A stretch of 64,000 bases of DNA from Adineta vaga (GCA_021613535.1 CP075494.1:1178001-1242000), one strand, 5' to 3'; shown: positions 1 to 13,755, counted from the stretch's first letter. Notes: a model not told the origin generated them from the sequence alone. Translations and numbers: made by a program.

Positions 1-558
1 TTTCTACGTCCTCCACGATGGATTATTGTTTATCAAAATCAAAATCTTATTCTTTTAAGTCCATTTGAAGCTAATTGGTTAATGGGTCAATTGAAATTCA
101 ATGAATCATCAATTACGACATTAAGATTATTATTACCTCGTACAAAACGAATTCAATCAATTTTTGTCAACACTCCAACTTTAACTATTCCTCCATTAAT
201 TGGATTTCCTAATAATAATTTCTTGATATCAAATGATTGGTTAATTCAATTATTTATTTTTAATGGTACTCTTTATTTTGAAAATATTGATGAACAAAAT
301 GCTTTTTGTCAATGTTTAAGTTTATGTCCTAAACCTCGAACACAAGAAGAAGAAGAAGCTTTTGAAAAGGGTTGGATCAGTAGTGATAGTTTTGTTAGAA
401 ATCGAGAACATCGCTTTTCATTACGACTTGATCAAGCTCGATTTCATTCAAATCCATTGGATTTTATCAAAGAAATTATTGAGAATCGAAATAATTCACA
501 TGCAACTATTACATCGCATGTTGGCAGCATCATTCTTAAATCATTAAAACTCATTTAA
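1..558 (+). CDS. 3' end of a large protein, resembling the C-terminus of DUF3638/DUF3645-containing proteins; 5'-partial
   Basis: Frame 1 is open from base 1 (FLRPPRWIIVY..LLSPFEANWL..QLFIFNGTLYF) to TAA at 556-558. Family call is from recalled motifs only. Confidence 0.55.
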   Translation, partial: FLRPPRWIIVYQNQNLILLSPFEANWLMGQLKFNESSITTLRLLLPRTKRIQSIFVNTPTLTIPPLIGFPNNNFLISNDWLIQLFIFNGTLYFENIDEQNAFCQCLSLCPKPRTQEEEEAFEKGWISSDSFVRNREHRFSLRLDQARFHSNPLDFIKEIIENRNNSHATITSHVGSIILKSLKLI

Positions 559-632
559 CAACTGAAAATTTTTAGATTTAATCTTATTTTAGTGACAAAT
601 ATCAGTTTAATATAGTATTTCAAATAAAAATA

Positions 633-650
633 ACCCACACACCCTCAAGA
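633..650. repeat. Telomere-like palindrome family, right half only
   Basis: ACCCACACACCCTCAAGA between two convergent genes. Confidence 0.6.
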
Positions 651-716
651 ATTGATTATATTTTTCATGATAAACTAATAAACATTTTCAAAAGTTCAAA
701 AATAAAATCCATGTGA

Positions 717-3092
717 TCATCGTGTAAACGAATCGCGATTTTCAATCATGTATGTGGCAATTTCACGAAATGTTTCTAAAGCTTCTTTATGGGCAGGAGT
801 TTTATCTCGCAAAGCAATTTCAAAAGCAAATTTCAAATTTTCGAAGACATTTTCGTCATCAAAAAGACCATAGAATACTTTAGCCATACTAGCATAAGTA
901 TATGCTTTGTAAAGATGATCAGATAATAAATTCTCTTCTTGAATTTTAAGAGCTTTCTCAAGAAAATCAAGTGCAATCTGATATTCTCTTTTCATACAAT
1001 ACGCATCACCAATTTGATAATAAACATTAGCAAGATCAGGATTATTGGGTGCACCATTTTCTTCAAGTATACGACGTGCTTTTTCATAGAATAATAATGC
1101 TGTCGAAAAATCACGATCCTTGGATACGTAAGTTTTACCCATATTGATATAAATGCCAGCAACACTTGGATGATTAGGATCAGTGGAGTTTTCAACGATA
1201 CGAATCGATTTTTCAAACTCTGAAAGTGCCATTTGATAATCCTTTGTCTTACGATAGATACTACCGATATTATTGTGAGTAATAGCTAACGATGGGTGTT
1301 CGGCTGGTAACGATCGTTGTTCGATAGCAAGTGTTCTATTATAGAATACAAATGCATGTAAATTATCACCTTTCTCTTCATAGACTGAGCCAATATTATT
1401 ATAAATCACAGCAAATAATGGATCATTGGAAAGAAGATTTGTTCTATCAATAGACAATGTTTTACGAAAAAATCCAAGTGCAGTAGAACAATCTCCCATG
1501 GATCGAAAAACTTGACCAATATTACTATAAAGAGTAGCAAATTGCCATGGCTCAATATTATTAAATGATTGTTCAAAAAAATTCAATGTTTGTTGATAAT
1601 ATTTCAATGCTTTCGTGTTATTTCCTTGTTCTCGATGTATTTCTCCAATATCATTGTAAGTAATGCCTAAAGATTGATAATCAATTGGAGAAATACGATG
1701 TAAATATTTCAAAGCTGCATTATAGAATAATAATGCTACATCATATTCTCCTCTTTCTCTATGCATAACTCCAAGTTGATGATCAATAGCAGCACGAAAT
1801 ATCCAATCATTTTCCGATATTGTATTTAAAAGTTCTAAAAGTACATCGGTAGCATCATTGAATTTACCCATTTTGCCCAATAAATGACTCAATCGATATC
1901 GTGGTGAGTTTCCACGAATTTCTCTACGTATTTTTTCGTTAAGACAAAGCAATTCTTTATCTTGATCATTAGTTAATTTAAGTTGAACGTACCAAAGTCC
2001 ATCTGTAATTTCGGTAATTTCATCGATACGAAAGATTGTGTGCATAGAAAAAAGAACTTCTTTTTCCGTAGTAAACCGAGAATCTTTATCCTCTAATTCA
2101 GCAAATGGTGTCGTTGAAACTATTCCATCAATATCCATTTCAAACACAATACCAACTAGCGTTGAATTTCCTTGAGCTGACTCGGCCAAATACATTGCCA
2201 TTGAATAATCAGTAGTTGTTGAAAGAAAATTATTAAATGAGAGAAGACCACCTTGATTATTGTGTATTTTCTTCTCAAAATCATCTTTAGATATACCTTG
2301 TCCACGATAAACAGTCAATTTACTTAACGATTTCATACTATGAAGATATTCTATTTGTCGATGAACATCACATAAAAAGAAACCCATTTTGATCAATGTT
2401 TTTGTATCTTGATCTCTTAATGCTTTATTCAACATAACATATGTAAAACAATCTCGAGTATACCACCGAACAGCTGAATTTTTATCATAATCTCGTTGAA
2501 ATTCATCGATAACAGATGAAACATTTCTTGTACCATTACAACTTTGAATATGACGACAATATTCAGCAAGTTCAGTTTTTGCTTTATCAAAATTGTATTT
2601 AATATCAAGAAGAATTTCTTTAATTAATTGTGAATACATAAATGACTGATCAAGTCGATTTAAATCATTACTTGAAATATCTGCGGAAGAAATACTACTA
2701 ATTGACAATTCAGTATCATTCCATCGTTGTATATTTCCTTGGATTAAATTACAAATTGATTCAATATTGTCGAAGATTCCTTTGATTTTTGTTGATTGTA
2801 AATCGGTAAAATGATGTTGTATTTGTTGACTTTTGAATAGATAAATTGAATTTATTTGAGATAATTCATCAATCAATGAAATTAATTCTATTTCGAAAAT
2901 ACAATCGATTATCATAAATACTCTGTTTGGTTGGAATTCAGTTAAATAGTTAATACATTCATTCGTTTCATTGAATATTCTACTTGTATTGAAAATACGT
3001 TGAAGTTGTACAAGAGAATTTGTGTCAACAGTAGTTTTTGTTAACCAAATAATTGTAAATTTTTGGATTGAAGATGTGGATGAAGAATTCAT
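717..3092 (-). CDS. ADP-ribosyltransferase (R-S-E type) domain plus C-terminal TPR array, 791 aa
   Basis: ART motifs VYRGQG, FLSTT and EKEVLF, followed by about 8 TPRs (YNNIGxVY...AL.FY..AL). Intronless ORF. Confidence 0.9.
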   Translation of the reverse strand: MNSSSTSSIQKFTIIWLTKTTVDTNSLVQLQRIFNTSRIFNETNECINYLTEFQPNRVFMIIDCIFEIELISLIDELSQINSIYLFKSQQIQHHFTDLQSTKIKGIFDNIESICNLIQGNIQRWNDTELSISSISSADISSNDLNRLDQSFMYSQLIKEILLDIKYNFDKAKTELAEYCRHIQSCNGTRNVSSVIDEFQRDYDKNSAVRWYTRDCFTYVMLNKALRDQDTKTLIKMGFFLCDVHRQIEYLHSMKSLSKLTVYRGQGISKDDFEKKIHNNQGGLLSFNNFLSTTTDYSMAMYLAESAQGNSTLVGIVFEMDIDGIVSTTPFAELEDKDSRFTTEKEVLFSMHTIFRIDEITEITDGLWYVQLKLTNDQDKELLCLNEKIRREIRGNSPRYRLSHLLGKMGKFNDATDVLLELLNTISENDWIFRAAIDHQLGVMHRERGEYDVALLFYNAALKYLHRISPIDYQSLGITYNDIGEIHREQGNNTKALKYYQQTLNFFEQSFNNIEPWQFATLYSNIGQVFRSMGDCSTALGFFRKTLSIDRTNLLSNDPLFAVIYNNIGSVYEEKGDNLHAFVFYNRTLAIEQRSLPAEHPSLAITHNNIGSIYRKTKDYQMALSEFEKSIRIVENSTDPNHPSVAGIYINMGKTYVSKDRDFSTALLFYEKARRILEENGAPNNPDLANVYYQIGDAYCMKREYQIALDFLEKALKIQEENLLSDHLYKAYTYASMAKVFYGLFDDENVFENLKFAFEIALRDKTPAHKEALETFREIATYMIENRDSFTR

Positions 3093-3795
3093 TTTTTCTT
3101 GTTGCCACTTTTGTTATGAGTCTCGTACTTATTTTCTTCCTTTCGATACCCAACGAGAAAAACAGAATAAGACAAAGAGAGAATGTATTTATAGCAGAAG
3201 AGTTATATTTTGCCACATAACTTGATAAATAAAGAGAATCAATGACAGAACGAAAGAGTAATTTTTATTTCGTCAATCGATAAAGTGAGAAAAAATTAAA
3301 ACAGAATGATGAGTTTAAGATTGTATATATTTGTAAGCAAATAAATGAAATATATATTCGCTTATGATACTACTTAACAACATTGGCACCGTCTTTTTGA
3401 TTTATATATATATAAATTGATTCAAATTTTAAAACGTTCTTTAAACTTTTATTGCTTGATTTTCAAACTATTTGTGACGATTTTTAATGGAAGAGATGTA
3501 CGTGCTGATAGAACTACGCCTTTATTTATTTCGTCCTCTTAAATCGTATCGTTATGATACAAAACACATGTTTATATACTTTTCTGTCGAAGAGAAGGAA
3601 AGAAAAGATAATATCGAAGTAAGGACAAATAGCATGCGTACAGGGCATGTACACGAGATTGTCAAACGTATTATTTTAGAGAACAAAAAATATATGAGCT
3701 CATCATCCAACATAGAAATTTTCTTTCGGTTATAATTTCTTCAAAAAAACTTCTTCAAGAATATCAATAAAAAAAATAAGTTTGTTATGTTTTCT

Positions 3796-4334
3796 TTATT
3801 TTCGATAAGCCACTGGTTGTCGAACATGAATAGGTATACCATTAGATCCTTGTGGTTCGCCTTAAATGATACAAAATAAAACAGATCATATAAAATAAGA
3901 ATTAATTAAATAGATATACTTCTTGATTTTATTTCTCGTGCTTCTTGGCAAAGAGAACATGGTGCACAAAAAGCACTTACAAGACAATCATGACATGGTT
4001 CTGCTTTTAAATTATATTTGTCACGTAATACTTTTCTTTTGAACATATGTGGTATCCAACATAAAGCAAACAAACTCGATACTCCATATGCAAGGCCACA
4101 TCCAACGCAACTACTTCCATCAATCTTTTCAACATTTATACCAAATAAACATGGTGAACACCAATACCCACAACAACAAAGAGGAATATCATCAAAACAA
4201 CCAAATAATGATGCTAAAATATTGATAAAACAAATAAATATTCAAAAAGAAAATTATAAAAACAAACTATTCCATGGTCTATTCATATGTGCTTGATCAT
4301 GAATTTTATTATCAATAGCTTCCCTGTTGGCCAT
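3796..4334 (-). CDS. PLAC8/cornifelin-family Cys-rich protein, 3 exons (not in ORF track)
   Basis: ATG at 4334; GT-AG intron 4214-4267 and a second intron at about 3862-3919. Translation includes WNTSLFGCFDDIPLCCCGYWCSPCLFG...LRDKYNLKAEPCHDCLVSAFCAPCSLCQEAREIK; TAA at 3796-3798. Confidence 0.85.
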
Positions 4335-4409
4335 ATTGAATAAATATTTACCAGAAATATTCAAAAGTGATTTTTTTCAGTCTCTTACAATGAATAAATC
4401 AAAAAATGA

Positions 4410-4441
<32 letters not shown>

Positions 4442-4968
4442 TCCTGATAAAAAAAGTGATAATATTAAAAGTCACGTCATAGACGTTACATTTTTCCAAC
4501 TTGATTTGAATACGTTTTTTATGCAATATCACATTATTCACCTAAATTACTTCCTTTCCTGTCTTACAATTACTAAGAAATAATGTACCAAAACGAATTA
4601 TTATCTACAAATCAAAATCATGAAAAATGTTAGCTCCTTCGAGCTTGTGTTTATTTCGTTCTAACGACATACACAACTCTGCCATCACATGTACAGCCTC
4701 GATATATCTAGAAAACCTATTTCTTATCATATACGTGACATGATATTAAGAAATATAATATAAAACTACATTTGATTTATATGACAAGATTAGTATTTTT
4801 CTAATAAACTATAAGCAAAGAAATATTAAAGTTTAAGTAGCTTGTTTTTCCTTTTTTCTCACTGACAGTCGCGAGCAGATAAAAATATTATATATTCAAC
4901 TTCAATTTGGATCTTTTTCAATAACAGTATATCAAGACGAAAGATCTTATTCGCATATCTATATTGAA

Positions 4969-7900
4969 ATGATCAAAAGTTTATTTTATTTGATTCTCAT
5001 ACATTCAATTATTATTTCATCTCATATTAATCTTGATCTTACTGATTGAATAAATGAGATTGAAAATAATACTGAACTTCAACATGAATGTCTTTACGTG
5101 CCATCTGTAACAGAAATAACATTTGATGTACGTCAAATAATAGCCTATTGTGTAACTGAATGGTCATTAAAATGGAATATTACAATAAATAAATTCGATC
5201 AAAATTTAACTTTTGCTGAACTTTACAATCAACATATAACTTGGAAACAATTGTATCTTTGGTCAGCACCCATTGATATTATTGAACGTTATCAATTTTA
5301 TTTCAATCAACGATTAAAATCTAATGAAATTGTATCAATGAATAATGATATATATTATAATTGTACATCACCAAGATTTGGTTCACAATGTCAATATTCA
5401 TTGGATATTCCAATTAAGAATTATTCATCATTATCTGAAATAGTTCATCAAGTCTATACAAATGAAAATAATCCTATAAGTTTAACATGTTATATTCATT
5501 TAAAATGTGATCGTAGTTCTGCATCTATATGTCTTGATTGGACTGATATTTGCGATGATATTGTCGATTGTTCAAATGATCAAATTGATGAAAAATATTG
5601 TTGGCAATTAAAAATAAATGAATGTCAAGAAAATGAATATCAATGTCGTAATGGACAATGTATACCCAAAGAATTTTATAATGATCACATTCGTGATGTT
5701 GTCGATTGTCTCGATACATCTGATTGGCCTTTAGTTCAAACACAAATAATTCATCCGTTTCCAATTAAAGAACCATCATTTTACGTAGAAGATAAACAAT
5801 GTCTCAAAATCAATCGCTTAGGATCTATAGTGTACAGTAGTTCATGTCACAACAGACGTCACTTATTAATAGACAATATGAAGTTCTTAGAAGCACCAAA
5901 TTCGATCAATGATGATTGTTGGTCAATACTGAAATGTAAAATTGAATTATTCGATCAGTTTCATTCAATTTGTAAAGAATTTAATTATAACGATAAATTA
6001 TTTGAAAAATGTCCTGATTTATTATTCGTAAAAACAATACCATTTTTCTTTGGTCACACTTATTTTGCCTATGAGAAAAAGTTTATCTTAAATTCAACAA
6101 AGAAACTTCACATGCCTCAATATATATGTTATGATAATCGACTTTGTAGTGGATTTTATTCAAATAAAACATTCTTAACATTTAATAATACAACATGTCG
6201 TCGACCAGAAGATTTTTCTCTTTCATTTGTTGAAAATCTATCAATAAATGCGTTTAAACTAGTTTTAATTAAAGAATTATACCATTGTAATACAATTTTG
6301 TATGATGATTTATCGATATGTAATCATCCAATGATGTACAAATGTATAAATTCATCAAAATGTATTTCACATGATCAACTTTGTGATGGTAGAAATGATT
6401 GTGATTATAAAGATGATGAAAAATGTTTATTAGTTAATGATACTTGTTCTGTATTGGATTCTCCTAAATTATTAAAATGTATATTAACAAAGAAATGTAT
6501 TTCGAAACGTTACATTGGTGACAAAATTTGTCAATGCGGAATTGATCGATTTGGTTCTTGTGTTGATGAACCAGAACAGATCAGTTCTTATACAAAGAAA
6601 TTTACGTTTCGAAATATATGTAATGGTATTACAGATTTAGTTCCTATTCTTATTGATGGTCGAGATGAAACAGATGAAACTGAATGTCAAGATTGGGAAT
6701 GTAATAATTTGTATACTCAATGTAATGGTATATGGGATTGTTTGAATGGAGCCGATGAAGCACATTGTTCTGAAAGATTATTAAATCAATGTCCACTTTA
6801 TCATCATATATGTGTTTCATCTAAAACACAGAATCTAACTTGTTTACCTTTTGAAAAAGCTAATAATGGAATTATTGATTGTCTTGGTGCTACTGATGAA
6901 CCAAAATTTTGTCAACGAGATGATCAACAACTTACTACAAAATATTTTTATTGTAAGAATGGTACAAAACCAACTTGTATATTCGATAATTGGTGTTCAA
7001 AAAGTGAACGATGTACCCATGGCGATGAAGAACAATTATGTAATGAAACACGAATCACTGGTGTATTTAGTAAGATTTGTAGTGATAAAAATCGTTCTGA
7101 AATTCATGAATTCTTTTGCAATCATTTCCGAAGTCACTTAGGAAAAATTCCCTTATTTATACTAAACACTGAGAAATTTTCAAGAATACGTTCACTTCAA
7201 CTAACAGAAAATATTATGATTCAACATTCACTTAATGTCATTGACAAAATTGACAATACTAATCAACGTTGTCAGCGTGGCCTTCCTTTACGCGTTTGGT
7301 TAAACAGTGAACATGATTTATCTCGGAAAGTATGTCTCTGTCCACCTAGTTATTACGGAGAAACTTGTCAATATCAAAATCAACGTGTTAGTTTAATTAT
7401 AAAATTTCGAACTTATAGTGATTCTCGTCGTACTTTATTTACAATACTTATTTCATTGATTGATATTGATGATAATGAACGACGAATTGATTCTTATCAA
7501 CAACATACTTATCTTTATATAAAACATTGTTCAATTAAATATAATATTGATTTACTTTATCCAACTCGACCAAAAGATTCTTTGAAAAATTATTCAATAC
7601 ATATTGATATTTATGAAAAAATTTCTCTTGAATATCGAGCAAGTTTCTTTCTACCAATTCCATTTTCGTTTTTACCTGTTAATCGTATTGCTGTTCTATT
7701 GAATATTCCACCTAAATATGAAATAATGGAAAATTGTTTAATTGATTCACGTTTACATGGTCGATGTATTAAATATATAAATAATAATCAAACAATTCAT
7801 ACATTTTGTCAATGTAAACAAGGATGGGTTGGAAAATTTTGTACAATTCCTCATATTTGTCAATGTTCATCTGATTCCATATGTGCAGGTATTTCTCGAA

Positions 7901-9714
7901 ATAATCGATCTATATGTCTTTGTCCAATAAATCGATGGGGTAGTCGATGTTTACTTGAAAATGATATATGTCAATTAAATATGTGTTTGAATGGAGGTCA
8001 ATGTATACCTGATGATCAACAATTGATACTTAGCGAACAATTTATTTGTATTTGTTCAAAAGGATAGGAAGGAAAAAGATGTGAAAATCGTGTTAATCAA
8101 TTAATTTTATCATTTGATAAAGATATTAATTTATCACATTCAATGATTGTTCATTTTATTTATATACCTTCTAGTTTTACTGACTCTCTAACAAATGGAT
8201 CAACTGTACAGATCATATCTGCTTATGAATTAACAATAACTATTTATTGGCCATATGAATATCATATATCATTTGTTCAATTTTGGAATACTTATTATTT
8301 AATTCATGTTCAAAATGTTTACAATAAATCAATAATAATTCATCGACAAATTCATTTATCCGATCGTTGTAAACATCTTAGTGAAATTTTAGATAAAAAT
8401 ATTGTTCAATTACATCTTCTTCGTCGAATGAAATATTATCAAATTCCATGTGAAAAATATTCATCGTATTTACGATGTTTTTATGATCAAGATTATTTTT
8501 GTTTATGCTATAATTCTACTTATAAACATTTAGCTAATTGTTTTCCATTTAATAGTCAAATTCAACATAATTGTTATGGTTATAGTAATTGTCAAAATAA
8601 TGCACAATGTATTCAAGATTCATCAAATTGTCCCAAATCATCTATATGTGTTTGTTCAGAATGTTATCATGGAACACGATGTCAATTTAGTTCACATTTA
8701 TTTGGTTTATCTCTTGATGCAATTATTGGTTTTCATATTCAACCAAATGTCAATCTATTTTCTCAAACATTAATTGTAAAAGTTAGTTTAATTTTAACAA
8801 TAATTATAACAATATTTGGACTTATTAATAGTATACTTTCTTGGATAACATTTTATGATAAAGAAATAAGAAAAAATGGTTGTGGAAATTATCTTTTAGC
8901 ATCATCAATCATTACTTTATTTACTATGATTGTTTTTTTATTAAAATTTACGATTTTACTTGTATCACAAATGACATATATATCAAATGATTTATTTCTT
9001 AAAATTCAATGTTATACAATGGATTTTCTTATTCGAATTGGTCTTAATATGGATCAATATTTAAATTCATGTATTGCTCTAGAACGAATATTTACTGTTA
9101 CCAAAGGAATTAAGTTTAATCAGAAAAAAAGTAAACAAATAGCAAAATATATCATAATTATTCTATTAATTTGGACTATAAGTACAAATATTCATGATCC
9201 TATTCATCGACAATTAATTAAAGATGATAATGAAATAGAAAAACGAATTTGGTGTATTGTTAATTATTCATCAAATGTTCGAATATTTAATTTAATTATA
9301 AATTTAATTCATTTTTTTGTACCATTTACAATTAATTTTCTATCAGCTTTACTTATTATTATTATAACAACAAGACAGCGTCGAATGATTCATACGAATT
9401 TAACTTATCGAAAATTATTCTTAAGACAAATTCGCGAACATCAACATATTCTTATTGCTCCAATTATTCTCATTATTTTATCAATACCACGTTTAATTCT
9501 TTCATTTATATCAAATTGTATGAAATCAACCAATGATGTTTGGTTACCATTAATGGGTTATTTTATATCATTTATTGCTCCTATACTTATTTTAACTATA
9601 TTTGTTTTTCCATCAAAACATTACAGAAAACAATTTACGAAATCGATGAAACAATTAAGAAAATCAATGACAGTTCGATTACAATTGAAACTTTTCAATT
9701 CAAGTTTCAAATGA
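4969..9714 (+). pseudogene. LDLa/EGF-repeat ectodomain rhodopsin-like GPCR with two in-frame nonsense codons
   Basis: A single frame runs from ATG 4969 (signal peptide) to 9714. It has LDLa (CDGRNDCDYKDDE) and EGF repeats and a 7TM region (IALER, RIWC, HFFVPF). Stops: TGA 5047-5049 and TAG 8065-8067. Confidence 0.8.
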
Positions 9715-9841
9715 GATTATTTACTTTGAGGAGAGATGGTAGAGAGAAACAAGCACTGCTTCTATTCGGCGAATTATTTATTCGTTTGAACATGTTTAGC
9801 ATCAATATTATCCCTTGCATTTCGATAATGTGTCGCAACTA

Positions 9842-9915
9842 GAGGGATGTGAGTGTGGGTCTAGGCGTCGTTCACTCGCGTCTTTCACTACACCGACACT
9901 CACACCCACCCTCAA
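9842..9915. repeat. Telomere-like palindrome element
   Basis: GAGGGATGTGAGTGTGGGT...CACTCACACCCACCCTCAA. Confidence 0.8.
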
Positions 9916-10124
9916 TGACTAACAAGGTGTGTTATTCTTTGTATATGTTGACGTCACTAACACAATGACATCACCTTTATATATGTATATCTATGTCATG
10001 TTTTTTTTTGCGTTTAATATCGTCATTGTACATTAATATTGGCCTATATATATATATACATGTAAAGATAAGATGTGGAGCATACCACTTTATTCTATCT
10101 TCAGCATTTACGAAAAAATATAAT

Positions 10125-11796
10125 ATGTTTTGGATGGTGATATCAGCTATCTTAGGAATTGTTTCCTATATTATTTATGACAGATATAAAAAACCAACAA
10201 ATACACCTCAATACGATCATGCTATTGTTATTGGAGGCAGTATAGGTGGAATGGTTACTGCTGCATACTTAACAAAATATTTCTCACGCATCACTATTAT
10301 TGAATCAGATGATGTATTGAATGATAAATTAATGAAATCGACACCAGAAGAATTATTGGATTATCGTTGTCGTCTTGAAAGTCCAGCATCAATCGGACGG
10401 TCGGGTGTTTCTCAAATCTATCAAGGACATTTACTAGCAGCCGAAGGACAACATATATTATATGAATTATTTCCTCAACTTGAAAGTAAATTAATCAATG
10501 AATACAATGTTCGTATGTGTTCATTTAAAAATAGTAGATTTATTGTGAAAGATATTCTATTAAATGAAAATTTAACAGAAAATATTGAAATGTTAGGTAT
10601 CGATCGTTTTACATTAGAAATCGGTCTAAGAAAAGAATTATCTTTACAATATGAACATAAAATTCAATGGATATGTAATTCAAAAGTAATACAACTTCTT
10701 ACTGATCAATCAGCAAATATTATTAAAAGTATTCAATATCGAATAAAACAAAATGTTCATTCATCATCTGTTGATCTCTATGGTGATTTTATTATTGATT
10801 GTAGTGGTCGTAATTCTTCAGCTATTAAATGGTTAAAAAAAAGATCTAAATCTAATTGTACCAACAGAACAAATACATTTTGGTTGTGGATATCTTACAT
10901 TTATTGGTGAACGAATGAAAACCGGTGATTCTTCCTTAGATTCTGTATCGTTTTTTGCTCATGGAGCTAATGTTCCTGAAAGAAATACAGGTTGTTATAT
11001 AGCTCCAATGCGTATAATAGAAACAATAGATGAAAATTCTCTTGGAACATTATCAACAATTACAATTAGTTCAAGTAATTCAGAACATCCACCAAGTGAT
11101 TCTTTTGAAAATCTATTAGAATGGATTAAAGATAAACTTCCATATGATTATTATACAATATGTAAATCAATAAAAGTATGCAGTTCATTGATATCCTATA
11201 ATCGTGCTTTTGATTATCGAAAATATGTGGAAAAATTAGGAAAACAATGGCCTAGAAATTTTATATTATTAGGTGATGCTATGTGTACATTTAATCAACA
11301 ATTTGGTCAAGGTATGACTCATGCACGTAGACAAGCAAAAGAATTAGGAAAAATATTTGAAGAAAATAGTTATCTATTAAAAGATATTTCTCATATGTAT
11401 AATTCACGTGCTTCTCTTATTACTGATGGATGTTGGATTTCTTCGACTGCAAGTGATTGGCAAACAGCAACATTAAAAGTTATTAAAACTGATCAAAATG
11501 GTGAAACAAAAACTTATCAAAGAGATGAAACAATAAATAAACATCAATTACAAATATCTTTATTCATTCAATTTATGCAATGGTATACATTTTGGATTGT
11601 AAAATGTGCATCGAAATCTGGTAAATTATCAACGGAATTTATTCAAGTTGTAAATCAACTTAAACATCCATTGATATTATTCAAACCATCGACAGTATTA
11701 ACAGTGTGTTATGCTGCATTAACGAACTATTTTGATTTATCGAAAAAATATTTGTTGACTCGAAATTTTTCTATTGAAACATCTTCAATTTCCTAA
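10125..11796 (+). pseudogene. FAD-dependent monooxygenase/oxidoreductase with N-terminal TM, split by a frameshift
   Basis: GGSIGG Rossmann motif, IIDCSGRNS and LLGDAMCTFNQQFGQGMT. Removing one A from the A8 run at 10835-10842 gives a continuous WLKKDLNLIVPTEQIHFGCGY...ERMKTG. Confidence 0.8.
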
Positions 11797-12118
11797 CTTT
11801 CATTTATATATATATTTTTCTTTTGTCTAATTAAATATATTTAATTCTCAAATTTTAACTAAAGTAAATTGTATTTTAACTTTTGTTCCATGCTTATAAT
11901 GTTGAAAAAAGAACATGATAGATATCAAGTAGGGTGTTTGTTTTGTTTTTCTCCATACAAAACACATTCATTCTATTGTTATCAGTTAGTAAACACAAAA
12001 TATTCATATTCTTTCTTCAGTTTTACTTTATAACAACATACAGAACAACTAAAATGATTTACAAAATAATAAGAGTTCATGATACGATTTGTTTTTTTTA
12101 AATGAATTTCAGATCATA

Positions 12119-13060
12119 ATGAGTAATTTTTTTCGATTTTTAATACTATATTTCTACATTGTTTTGAATGTTATCAACTGTATACAGTCAGTTCCAAATG
12201 GTTACTTATTGGGAGCATCATATGATCCTGTATTCGGTTCGAATGCAATATTCAAAATTAATCCATTAAATGGAAAATTTACAGTGTTCACACCTTTGAC
12301 GAACTACAAAGCATACGATGTTACATATGATTTTATTCATAAAATTTTCTATGTTTTTGGTAGTGAAGCAACGTTAGAAAACGAAAACTCGTTATCAGTG
12401 CTCATGATTAATCCATTCAATGGTACACAAACATATCGATCAATTACGACAGAACCTTATGGTGATATATTTGGTTTACGTGTTGATAGTAGTACAGGAA
12501 TACTATATTCAGTACAAATGAATGATATAGTAGAACCTTTAATAAGTATTGTCCAAATCGATCCAATTACATTTGTAGCTAAACGATGGGTAAATATAAC
12601 TAAAGCTAGCGGTGTACAACCTGATTCAATGGCAATTTTTTTTAATTCAACAGCTCATCAATATTTTGTAACAGTGCCCTATAGTGATGATTATGTTGTG
12701 GGTGTTGATCTCATAAAACGAAAAATTATTAGTGAAATTACTAATTCAAATTTACCAGATTATTTATGTTATGATAATAAAACAAATGCTTTTTATGGTA
12801 TGCAGAGTTTCGCGAAAGGACGTGGCTGTCGTTTAGTACGTTTAAATCCATATAATGGTACTATGGATATTATATCTAAAGATTTTGAAGATTATTTACC
12901 ATCGACTGGTGATTGTCATGATGGATATTATTTTACAATGATTGTTAAGGGTTTAGACAAACAAAACATTGTTACATTTGATTTAAGCAATAATGCAACA
13001 GTAATAGCAAATAAGCCAGCAGAATCATATCTGGATGCATTTGCATTTGTTCCACATTAG
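12119..13060 (+). CDS. Secreted beta-propeller-like protein of unknown function
   Basis: Signal peptide and repeated blade motifs (FKINPLNG, LMINPFNG, VQIDPIT, VRLNPYNG; YD-x4-FY). Confidence 0.7.
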   Translation: MSNFFRFLILYFYIVLNVINCIQSVPNGYLLGASYDPVFGSNAIFKINPLNGKFTVFTPLTNYKAYDVTYDFIHKIFYVFGSEATLENENSLSVLMINPFNGTQTYRSITTEPYGDIFGLRVDSSTGILYSVQMNDIVEPLISIVQIDPITFVAKRWVNITKASGVQPDSMAIFFNSTAHQYFVTVPYSDDYVVGVDLIKRKIISEITNSNLPDYLCYDNKTNAFYGMQSFAKGRGCRLVRLNPYNGTMDIISKDFEDYLPSTGDCHDGYYFTMIVKGLDKQNIVTFDLSNNATVIANKPAESYLDAFAFVPH

Positions 13061-13336
13061 TTACAAAAGATTTTCTTTATTGCGTATTACTGTTTTTTTT
13101 TCACGGCAATAAATATATTTATACAATTTGAAATCAAGAAGAGTTTTGTCGACCGTTGAGAGCTTGAGATAGTCTATATATGCATATGTAAATATAAATA
13201 TTTGTTGCAAGAAAAATGAGCATACATTTAATTAATTTACTATTTAGTTTTGAAAAAAAGATTTTGCATTTACGGGAACAAATTAATCAGTTGAAGAAAC
13301 GTCGATCGATAAACGATACATTTTTTTATTCATTTA

Positions 13337-13683
13337 TGTTAATGTTCTGACATCCATTGAAGCTGCACATTTTCGAGGTGGATCGTTTGTTTACAAGATT
13401 TTAAATAGTTCACGATCAACTACGTCATTCTTGCTAACGCACACTTATTTAGTCACGCATAAATCCCATCCTTGTAATGGTTCATGGATCAGCAATCAAT
13501 CACCACAACTTAAATCTCAAGTCAAATTAGAATGTTCTGAAATCTATGGTTAGTCAGGTTCCTCCATTAATTTAATACTTAGCGCACAATGCATCGATTA
13601 CTCAACAAGTTTTGATATGACAAACTATCAAAGTTCTACTGTAATTAATGTGGAAAACGCATCATGTTGTGTCCTTATAGAAC
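13337..13683 (+). pseudogene. N-terminal fragment of a secreted HFRGG-motif protein, internal stop, ends at a palindromic element
   Basis: VLTSIEAAHFRGGSFVYK...CSEIYG*SGSS...QCIDYSTSFD; coding-like sequence ends at 13683. Confidence 0.5.
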
Positions 13684-13755
13684 GAGGTGGACAGTGGGTG
13701 TGGGTGTAGGTGAGAGCCGAGTATCACACCCACACCCTCACCCACATCCTACAAG
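13684..13755. repeat. Telomere-like palindrome element joining two gene fragments
   Basis: GTGGGTGTGGGTGTAGGTG...CACACCCACACCCTCACCCACATCC. Confidence 0.8.

Noticed and set aside
5047-8067. Alternative genetic code or stop reassignment
   Set aside because: TAA, TAG and TGA all terminate other intact genes in the window.
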